A DNA stretch of 64,000 bases from Chamaesiphon sp. Lineage in GTDB: Bacteria; Cyanobacteriota; Cyanobacteriia; Cyanobacteriales; Chamaesiphonaceae. A program made the position numbers and the translations under genes. Below are positions 53,355 through 61,274 of this stretch, one piece after another (the stretch's first letter is position 1; each line of letters starts with the position of its first letter). The notes beneath the pieces are model-generated. The model saw nothing but the letters and a program-made list of their open reading frames with translations. It ran no database searches and had not been told where the DNA came from. The stretch spans positions 1 to 64,000 of the forward strand of contig CBDFFH010000054.1 in NCBI GenBank assembly GCA_965246715.1. The letters are read 5' to 3'.

Positions 53355-53558
53355 ATGGTCGAACTACAAGTAAATGGTGAGCCACGTACCTGCGATCTCC
53401 ATACCACCCTCCCCCAATTATTAGTGCATCTGGGTCTCAATCCCAGGCTTCTGGCAGTAGAGTATAATGGGGAAATTTTACACCGTCAGTTTTGGGAACA
53501 GACGGAGATAAAAGCTAACGATCGCTTGGAAATCGTCACGATCGTTGGGGGTGGATAG
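53355..53558 (+). CDS. thiS: Sulfur carrier protein ThiS
   Basis: AVEYNGEI...EIVTIVGGG C-terminus, next to thiE. Confidence 0.95.
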   Translation: MVELQVNGEPRTCDLHTTLPQLLVHLGLNPRLLAVEYNGEILHRQFWEQTEIKANDRLEIVTIVGGG

Positions 53559-53583
53559 CTGAGTCAATAATTAACTGCGATCT

Positions 53584-53958
53584 ATGAATCCAAACACCGA
53601 CAAAAACGTTCTCGGTAGCGAGCTTCAGACCTGCTGCACCGAGCCGATGACCGGATTTTTTCGTACTGGAGTATGTGTAACTGGGCCTCAAGACCTCGGT
53701 ACCCACGTAATTTGCGCTCGTCTGACTGCTGAATTTTTGACTTTTACTAAATCTCAAGGGAACGATCTGAGTACCCCCAATCCCGCTTATAATTTTCCTG
53801 GTTTGAATCCTGGCGATTGCTGGTGTCTGTGTGCGAATCGCTGGCGAGAGGCGTTGCAAGCTGGAGTAGCGCCACCAGTAAATTTAGCCGCAACACACGC
53901 TGCGGCACTCGATTTTGTTTCCTTGGCAGATCTTCAACAACATGCGATTTCCTCATGA
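53584..53958 (+). CDS. DUF2237-family protein
   Basis: NVLG, PMTGFFRTG.C, GNDLSTP, WCLCA.RW. Confidence 0.9.
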   Translation: MNPNTDKNVLGSELQTCCTEPMTGFFRTGVCVTGPQDLGTHVICARLTAEFLTFTKSQGNDLSTPNPAYNFPGLNPGDCWCLCANRWREALQAGVAPPVNLAATHAAALDFVSLADLQQHAISS

Positions 53959-54395
53959 GCAATGATTTACCGATTGAAGTCGCGATCGCGATTCTCCCTT
54001 CTGATGGTAAGTTTTTGATGCAATTGCGCGATAATATCCCGACGATTTTATACCCAGGTTTATGGGGGTTGTTTGGCGGGCATATCGAAGCGGGTGAGAC
54101 ACCAGAAATAGCCGTCAAACGGGAAATAATGGAGGAGATCGGTTACGAGCTTATCGCTCCGCAAAAATTCGGCTGTTATAGTGACGATCGCGTTATCAGG
54201 CATGTTTTTTATGCACCACTGACTGCTGAAATCGATAAATTAGTTTTGGGTGAAGGTTGGGATTTTGGATTGATTACCCCAGCTCAAATTATGACAGGAT
54301 CTGCCTATTCACCGATTGCGAAAGAGGAACGTCCGATCGGTGTCGTTCATCAACATATCATGACTGACTTTATAGAATGGTGGGGAAGCACTTAA
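53955..54395 (+). CDS. NUDIX hydrolase
   Basis: Nudix box GGHIEAGETPEIAVKREIMEEIG; ATGA overlap with the upstream stop. Confidence 0.9.
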   Translation: MSNDLPIEVAIAILPSDGKFLMQLRDNIPTILYPGLWGLFGGHIEAGETPEIAVKREIMEEIGYELIAPQKFGCYSDDRVIRHVFYAPLTAEIDKLVLGEGWDFGLITPAQIMTGSAYSPIAKEERPIGVVHQHIMTDFIEWWGST

Positions 54396-54667
54396 ATTTA
54401 TGAATTATGAATTCCTAGATCGATTAAGATTCGATCTGCGGCTAGAATATGTCCAGTAAATAATCGAGCACAGTTAAATATCGGATAGCTCGGAGGGTGA
54501 ATATCGCCACGATCGAGTTTGAAGCTGATTACTCAGCTATCGATATTTTTGCCTATCTCCTTAGCCGGATTTCATTAGTTGAGCTAGAGAACTTTTATTT
54601 ATCTCCGATCGAGAAAGTTCTTTAGTCGTCCACTCCAATATACACCCACCCCCCGATTTTTAGAATT

Positions 54668-55654
54668 ATGACAGTACTAAACGCAAGAGAGGCTCACTCG
54701 GAAACGATCTACTCGGATATCCCCGCAATCGAAACCGATCGATTGCGAAAAGTTTATCGCACTGGATTTTGGCTCGACAAGAAAATTGAGTCTTTAAAAG
54801 AATGTACATTACAGGTTTATCAAGGTGAAACCTTCGGACTATTAGGCTTGAATGGCGCGGGGAAAACTACTCTGCTCAAGACATTATTGGGGATCGTCCG
54901 CCCGACCGCTGGTAAAGCGAGATTATTTGGTAGACCATTAGGCGATCGATCTGTCAAACAACAGCTCGGTTATCTACCAGAAAATCCTTATTTCTATGAT
55001 TTTCTCACTGGCTGGGAACTCTTAGAATACACCGCTGGTTTATTTGAAATCCCTCGATCGATCTCCAAACAACGCATTCCAGAATTATTAGATCTCGTCG
55101 GATTAGATCGATCGTCTGCGAAAAAAAAGCAACTCCGGCAGTACTCCAAGGGCATGGTACAACGTGTGGGAATGGCGCAGGCATTGATTAACGATCCGGA
55201 ACTCGTATTTCTCGACGAACCGATGTCTGGACTCGATCCGCTCGGTCGAAAACAGATGCGTGATATTATCGTCTCCTTGGGCGATGCGGGGAAAACAGTC
55301 TTCTTTAATAGCCACGTTTTAACGGAGGTCGAACAGGTCTGCAATCGCGTGGGGATCTTAGCTAGAGGCGAACTAATTTGTTGCGGGACATTAGACGAAT
55401 TACTCACCGATCGCGATCGCTTTTATTATGTCTCTGGACGCGGTGGAAATTCCGAAATTCTCAGTCGCTGGATTCCCGATCTCGTTTACCATGACGAGCG
55501 ATGGTCGGGACAAATTAATGGCGACCCTCAAGAATTCATGGGTACGTTGCGGCTATTAAATGCTGAATTAATTTCCCTCACACAAGGACGCGCATCGCTA
55601 GAAGAATTTTTTATGGAACAGATGGAATTACGGGGTATTCGATCGAGTAGTTAA
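54668..55654 (+). CDS. ABC transporter ATP-binding protein
   Basis: GLNGAGKTT, YSKGM, LDEP, NSH. Confidence 0.93.
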   Translation: MTVLNAREAHSETIYSDIPAIETDRLRKVYRTGFWLDKKIESLKECTLQVYQGETFGLLGLNGAGKTTLLKTLLGIVRPTAGKARLFGRPLGDRSVKQQLGYLPENPYFYDFLTGWELLEYTAGLFEIPRSISKQRIPELLDLVGLDRSSAKKKQLRQYSKGMVQRVGMAQALINDPELVFLDEPMSGLDPLGRKQMRDIIVSLGDAGKTVFFNSHVLTEVEQVCNRVGILARGELICCGTLDELLTDRDRFYYVSGRGGNSEILSRWIPDLVYHDERWSGQINGDPQEFMGTLRLLNAELISLTQGRASLEEFFMEQMELRGIRSSS

Positions 55655-55908
55655 GGTATCTCCCCGACTGATTGAGGATGTCGGGGCTATGTCTTCAAAA
55701 AGAGTCTAGTTTGGTGACACCGTGATTTCTGCGGTGAAGATTCACTTTCCAAAATTAAATTATGGTGCGAAAAGTGTTCGACAGGATCTATTATTTGCCT
55801 TAATACTAACTCGATCTCGATCTTATTTATTGGTAAGTATCTTCAATCTGCAAAACAGCAATGTCGGCGGTAAAGCACGGTATGGAGAGTTCCAGTCGCT
55901 AAATTAAT

Positions 55909-56039
55909 TAACCCAAGTTGCTACTTACTAAAATGCCAACGATTGAAATCGTGGCTAGTGATACAAAGTCCGCGTAGGCGGACTTTGTATCACTAGCCAC
56001 GATTTTAACCGCTTGAGTTGTAGGTAGCAACTTGGGTTA
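55909..56039. mobile_element. TAACCCAAGTTGCTAC-family element (copy 3, inverted)
   Basis: Both terminal IRs present; perfect 28-bp-arm palindrome at 55946-56005. Confidence 0.85.
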
Positions 56040-56392
56040 CTTAGGCGTGTTTTCGATCCTACCCATCTTCAGGAGAAATACACCACTACAAATAGCCGAA
56101 AATAATCGATCGAACTTGGATCTATTTCAGCCTTCTGACCGATTGAAATCGTAACCCGCCAAATGCCTCAATGCAATCGATCGAATGATGCGGTACTATC
56201 GAATGGATCGTGCGTCTCAAGGATTGCGAGCGCGATAGTTACTAAAAAACAAGGTTGTTTATCCATCAAAGGGATTAAAAAGCAGCTAATATCTAACAGC
56301 CAAATTATGCCTTGCGGGATTTGTCGATAGATTAATATATATTTCATACCTACTATACTTTATTATTAACTTTTAATAGGAGCACAATTTTG

Positions 56393-57730
56393 ATGGGACG
56401 GATTTTTGTCTGCGCGATCTACGGTGGCTATGAAAATGCTGCCGCCGATCCAGAAAAGACCGGTAGCGAGCCGAATGAAGCCAGAGAAATGGTCTCGCTG
56501 CGCGATGCGATCGTGCCCGAATTACGGAACCGCAGCTTTGAAGTTGTAGCTGTACCAGATTCCGACAATCTTAGAGCTAGTATCGACTGGATCGATCGCC
56601 GAGCCAAACCAGGCGATATCGCATTGGGCATTCATGCTGATGCTTACGCTCACTCGCAGACTAGGGGTGTGAGTACTTTTTATATCGCCAAAAATGGCGA
56701 ACGCAAAAATCACGCCCAGATGCTGCTACTGGCATTTTCCAGTCGCGTGCCCGACTTACCCAGCCGAGGAGCCAAGCCAGATACCACCACGGCTACAGGC
56801 AGTTTAGCTTTTTGTAGAAGATTGACGATTCCCTCACTATTAATGGAAATTGGGTTTAAAGTCGATAGCGACGATCGGTTGAAGATCCAAGCCTATCGCC
56901 GCGAAATTGCCCTCGGCATCGCCGATGGCTTAGTCACTTGGAGTCGCGACGCGCAGGTACAAGCGACCAGCAACAACCATACGGTACCCGTACATCTCAA
57001 AGTTAATGACGAACCCTATCCCGAACGTGGGATTGCAATTAATGGCAATGTTTATATTCCGATCGATCTCGCCGACCGTTTGGGACTCGCACTCGCGCTC
57101 AATCCACAGCTTCGCCGCATTCGTTATCGAGGCGTAGTTTATATCAAAGCGATCGAATTGCGCGATTTGAACATCTCGATCGTCTCGGAGATCGGACGGA
57201 CGTATAATATTCGTTCCCAACATGCCTTCACTGCTGATGAATTCGATCGGATTATGAGTGGGGGACATACAACTGCTACTCAGCTCGATGAGTTCCTGAC
57301 TGCAAATAATCTCGATGTCGCCAGCAACTTCCCAAATCTTGCAGAAATTTATATCGAAGAAGCTAAAGCCGAAGGTGTCAATCCCGACCTCGCTTTTGCC
57401 CAAATGTGTCTAGAAACGCGCTTCTTGACCTTTGGTGGTGCGATCTTGCCTGATTTTAACAATTTTGCTAGTTTAGGAGATCGCCAGACAGAATGGGCGA
57501 GTTTTAGCAACCCCCGCATCGGCGTTCGCGCGCATATCCAACAGCTCAAGGCTTATGCCAGTAACGATCTGTTAGTCCAAGAATGCGTCGCCCCCCGATT
57601 CGAGCTAGTCAAACGCGGTATTGCCCCGACGTTGCGCCAACTAACCGGGAGATGGTCGGCAGATGGACTATATGCAATTAAGGTAGCGGCGGTACTCCGC
57701 CGGTTGTACGAGACAGCTGGCATCTTTTAG
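56393..57730 (+). CDS. Amidase_3 + glucosaminidase cell-wall protein (TftA-like)
   Basis: MGRIF..., EAREM, IHAD, RGAKPDT, LLMEIGF; C-terminal AFAQMCLETRFL.FGG, NNFASLG, GVRAHIQQLKAYAS. Confidence 0.8.
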   Translation: MGRIFVCAIYGGYENAAADPEKTGSEPNEAREMVSLRDAIVPELRNRSFEVVAVPDSDNLRASIDWIDRRAKPGDIALGIHADAYAHSQTRGVSTFYIAKNGERKNHAQMLLLAFSSRVPDLPSRGAKPDTTTATGSLAFCRRLTIPSLLMEIGFKVDSDDRLKIQAYRREIALGIADGLVTWSRDAQVQATSNNHTVPVHLKVNDEPYPERGIAINGNVYIPIDLADRLGLALALNPQLRRIRYRGVVYIKAIELRDLNISIVSEIGRTYNIRSQHAFTADEFDRIMSGGHTTATQLDEFLTANNLDVASNFPNLAEIYIEEAKAEGVNPDLAFAQMCLETRFLTFGGAILPDFNNFASLGDRQTEWASFSNPRIGVRAHIQQLKAYASNDLLVQECVAPRFELVKRGIAPTLRQLTGRWSADGLYAIKVAAVLRRLYETAGIF

Positions 57731-57944
57731 CACCCGATGGCGAGGCATGACAGGCGATTTTGCACGGAGCAAGATCGGCTGCGACTGGTGGAAATCACTA
57801 CTGCACGCAACAAATTTAACCCTGCTAGAGTCATTCAGTATTAGCTAAAATTTAAAGTAGTAGATTGCAAGGCGATTGGTTCGCAACAAAGTAATCTACC
57901 GAGCTAGCTGCGATTGCTAACAGAATTGTATAAGTGCGAGTTGT

Positions 57945-59258
57945 ATGTCAGAACCACGAGAAAACTCACCAACCGAGCGTCAGTCCGAAGTTAAGGCACC
58001 CTCAGATACCCCAATCGCTCCGCCAGCGCCACGCATTGGATCGAACAAATTGCGACAAGGCAGTAAATATATTTCGCTGCTACTGTTGAGTACGATCGCT
58101 AGTTGTTCTTTTGGCTATTTAGCGGCCAAACAACAAACGCCTAATGCAATCGTTGAATCCCCAGCTGTGGCTTCGCCACAAGTTGCAAGTAGCAGTAGTA
58201 TTTTAACTGGGGCCAATAGTAACTTTATCAGCCAAGTGGTCGATCGCGTCGGGCCAGCCGTAGTTAGAATCAATGCCTCAAAAGTTGTCGCTACACGCCA
58301 AGTTTCAGGGGATGAATTTGACGATCCATTCTTTAAAAAATTCTTTGGTTCGCAAACTCCACAACAAAGCCAGCCGCAAGAGCGAGAAGTTCAACGTGGG
58401 ACTGGTTCGGGATTTGTGATTAATAAAAATGGGCAAATCATGACAAACGCTCATGTTGTCTATGGAGCCACCAAAGTTACGGTTACCCTCAAAGATGGCC
58501 GGACTGTAGATGGTAAAGTCAAAGGACTCGATCGCGTTACCGATGTAGCGATAATTCAAGTTGCCGAGAAAAATCTCCCTAGCATTCAAATTGGCAATTC
58601 CGATGCGATTAAACCAGGCGAATGGGCAATCGCCATCGGCAATCCATTGGGCTTGAATAATACCGTTACGGCGGGAATTATCAGTGGGACGGGGCGGAGT
58701 AGCCGCGACATTGGGGCGACGGATAAACGCGTAAATTATATTCAAACCGATGCAGCGATCAATCCGGGCAACTCTGGTGGCCCCTTACTCAATGCTGCCG
58801 GGCAAGTCATCGGGATGAATACTGCGATCTTGCGCGGTACCCAAGGGCTGGGCTTTGCCATTCCGATTAATACCGCCCAAAGAATCGCCAACGAACTGAT
58901 TGCCACAGGCAAAGCCGAGCATCCCTTCTTGGGCGTGCAGATGATCGATCTTACGCCGCAACTCAAGAAAGAGATCGACAACGATCCTAGTGCTACCTTC
59001 AAGCTCGATACCGACAAAGGTAGTCTAATCGCCCGTGTCATTCGGAACTCTCCCGCAGCTAAGGCCGGAATTCGCTCTGGTGACGTGATTCAAAGTGTCA
59101 ACGGTAAAGCCGTCAAAGATGCTAATGAAGTACAGCAAGCGCTCGAAAATACCAAAGTAGGCGAAAATGTACGCGTCCAAGTGCGGCGAAGTGCCCAAAA
59201 CATCGATCTCAATGTTACTTCGGTCGCCGCCCCACCACTGGCAGAGGAATCTGAATAA
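57945..59258 (+). CDS. HtrA/DegP-family serine protease (HhoA/HhoB-like) with PDZ domain
   Basis: GTGSGF, TNAHVV, IQTDAAINPGNSGGPL, PDZ. Confidence 0.95.
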   Translation: MSEPRENSPTERQSEVKAPSDTPIAPPAPRIGSNKLRQGSKYISLLLLSTIASCSFGYLAAKQQTPNAIVESPAVASPQVASSSSILTGANSNFISQVVDRVGPAVVRINASKVVATRQVSGDEFDDPFFKKFFGSQTPQQSQPQEREVQRGTGSGFVINKNGQIMTNAHVVYGATKVTVTLKDGRTVDGKVKGLDRVTDVAIIQVAEKNLPSIQIGNSDAIKPGEWAIAIGNPLGLNNTVTAGIISGTGRSSRDIGATDKRVNYIQTDAAINPGNSGGPLLNAAGQVIGMNTAILRGTQGLGFAIPINTAQRIANELIATGKAEHPFLGVQMIDLTPQLKKEIDNDPSATFKLDTDKGSLIARVIRNSPAAKAGIRSGDVIQSVNGKAVKDANEVQQALENTKVGENVRVQVRRSAQNIDLNVTSVAAPPLAEESE

Positions 59259-59327
59259 GCAATGTGAATGATGAATCGCCGATCGTCAATTATGCTGCAT
59301 AATTCAACAGCCACTAGTTACTAAATA

Positions 59328-59768
59328 ATGCCAATTTACTTTTATAGCGATCGAGAAGTGCCATATGGGTGCTTCTCGAATTTTTCTAGACACGGATTTG
59401 TGATGGACAAATTGTGGTGGCATACCTGCGAGCACTACTTTCAGGCGCAGAAGTTTGTCGGCACGCCATATCTCGAACAAATTCGCTCCACGAATACTCC
59501 AAAAACTGCTGCCAATATCGGTAGAAAACGTACTTTACCCTTGCGGAGCGACTGGGAACGCGTCAAGGATGCAATCATGCTGCGAGCCGTATTGCATAAG
59601 TTTCAAACACATTTAGATATTCGTGAAATTTTACTCGCTACTGGCGACGAACCGATCGTGGAGAACGCTCCAGGCGATTATTATTGGGGCTGTGGTAAAG
59701 ATGGTACCGGGCGAAATCAGCTTGGCTTGACTTTAATGCAAGTGCGCGAGATATTAAGGCAAGCGTAG
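59328..59768 (+). CDS. NADAR (YbiA-like) N-glycosidase
   Basis: FSNFS, EHYFQAQKF, LRSDWE, DYYWG.G..G.GRNQLG..LM.VR. Confidence 0.92.
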   Translation: MPIYFYSDREVPYGCFSNFSRHGFVMDKLWWHTCEHYFQAQKFVGTPYLEQIRSTNTPKTAANIGRKRTLPLRSDWERVKDAIMLRAVLHKFQTHLDIREILLATGDEPIVENAPGDYYWGCGKDGTGRNQLGLTLMQVREILRQA

Positions 59769-59811
59769 AGCGATCGAACATTACCGAACCCCATTAACAC
59801 TATTTGGTAAT

Positions 59812-60043
59812 TAACCCAAGTTGCTACCCATAACCTAAGCGGTTAGAAACCGCTCCTCGGAGTGCAAAGTCCGGTTGTTGCCGCTCGCGGCAAAAGCCTG
59901 CCTTCGCGGACTAGTTTATTAGTCCGCGAAGGCGGACTTTGCAACATTAGCCACGATTTGCGATTCGCGCTCCTCGGGTTCCCCGAGGGTTTAGCGAATC
60001 AAGATACAATCGTAGGCGTTCTATTAGGTAGCAACTTGGGTTA
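59812..60043. mobile_element. TAACCCAAGTTGCTAC-family element (copy 4) with two nested inserts
   Basis: Both IRs; 27-nt insert at 59873-59899 and 47-nt module at 59960-60006 relative to copy 2. Confidence 0.85.
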
Positions 60044-60164
60044 ATTATGGGACTTAACTCGACGAAAATAAATAACGATCGACAAATCGAGCGTTTTATT
60101 CATAAATTCAGCATGATTTAGAAACTAACTACCTAGTTACTATCCCCTCATCCCTAATCCCTAA

Positions 60165-60629
60165 ATGATAAAATCCTGGCTGGTAATTGGCATCGTGGCA
60201 GTATTAGTCGCCGTTGGGCTGGGGCGGTTAAATACACCTGAAGGGTATCGGTGGTTCAATCGCCAACGTCGTCCACAATGGTTGACCTTCGAGCGGCTGA
60301 TTCCCGTAATTTGGACGGTGGTGTTTATTTGCGGTGCGTGGTCGGCTTACCTCGTGTGGGAAGCAGCTCCTGGCAAGAATCAAACTTGGGGCTTGATGGC
60401 ATTATATCTGCTCTTAGAAGTGGCAATTATGGCTTACACGCCCTCAATGTTTGTGTTTCGGAGTCTGAGAGCCGGAACGATCGTTGGTGGTGTAGGCTGG
60501 GTTATTGGGGCGATTCTGGCGATCTTAGTATTTCCAGTTTCGAGTACGGCGCTGCTGTTATTAGTTCCTTATTTATTGTGGAGTCCGATCGGTACTTATG
60601 TCACCTGGGTCATGGAAGGGTTGAATTAA
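60165..60629 (+). CDS. TspO/MBR-family membrane protein
   Basis: WFNRQRRPQWL, IWTVVF, LLVPYLLWSP. Confidence 0.88.
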   Translation: MIKSWLVIGIVAVLVAVGLGRLNTPEGYRWFNRQRRPQWLTFERLIPVIWTVVFICGAWSAYLVWEAAPGKNQTWGLMALYLLLEVAIMAYTPSMFVFRSLRAGTIVGGVGWVIGAILAILVFPVSSTALLLLVPYLLWSPIGTYVTWVMEGLN

Positions 60630-60715
60630 TTGCTGAATGCGGATATCCGCCTGGCCTGCTCGATTTCCTCTACAATGACAGACGGAATAATTATCGAGAG
60701 CGTAACACAGCTATC

Positions 60716-61204
60716 ATGGGCGAAAATTTAACACAATTATTGGAACCGATCGCCAGTCAATTTCGCGCTCTCAATCTACCCGAACCCATCACTCATTGGG
60801 GACATCCGTTCTTTATGAGCATCGTGATGTTTGTGATGGGTGGTTATGGCGTGTATGCTGGCTGGAAAGGTAGGTTATTAACAGCTACCGATGTCGATGC
60901 GGCGATTAAGAATAAGGCAGATCACCAGAAAATTATGCCAGTAATGTTTGCCTTTATGGCGATCGGTGCTACTGGGGGCATACTAGCATTGGTCATCCAA
61001 AAGCACGCAGTAATGGCAAGTCCACATTTCTGGACGGCTGTAGTTGTCTTGACCTTGTTAACGATTAATGGACTGATTTCTGGAACTGGGTTTGGGGGAA
61101 ATAAGCCCGAACTGCGTAAATTTCACGCTTACTTTGGTAGCACGATTTTTGGGGCGATGGTCGTTCATGCCCTGCTCGGCTTAAAATTGGGTTTGTCGAT
61201 TTAG
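60716..61204 (+). CDS. DUF4079-like membrane protein
   Basis: HWGHP, HQKIM, SPHFW, HAYFG, HALLGL (His-lined TM helices). Confidence 0.8.
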   Translation: MGENLTQLLEPIASQFRALNLPEPITHWGHPFFMSIVMFVMGGYGVYAGWKGRLLTATDVDAAIKNKADHQKIMPVMFAFMAIGATGGILALVIQKHAVMASPHFWTAVVVLTLLTINGLISGTGFGGNKPELRKFHAYFGSTIFGAMVVHALLGLKLGLSI

Positions 61205-61233
61205 CAGTCCACAGATCGATCTAGAAAATAAAG

Positions 61234-61263
61234 ACCCCCGACTGTTGATAAGTCGGGGGTTTT
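61234..61263. terminator. Bidirectional terminator between convergent genes
   Basis: ACCCCCGACT-N7-AGTCGGGGGT followed by TTT, A-rich on the other side. Confidence 0.75.
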
Positions 61264-61274
61264 GCATAAAAACA

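Noticed and set aside
60251..60715. Apparent 317-aa ORF 60251..61204
   Set aside because: Its 5' half overlaps tspO out of frame; the plausible start is ATG 60716.
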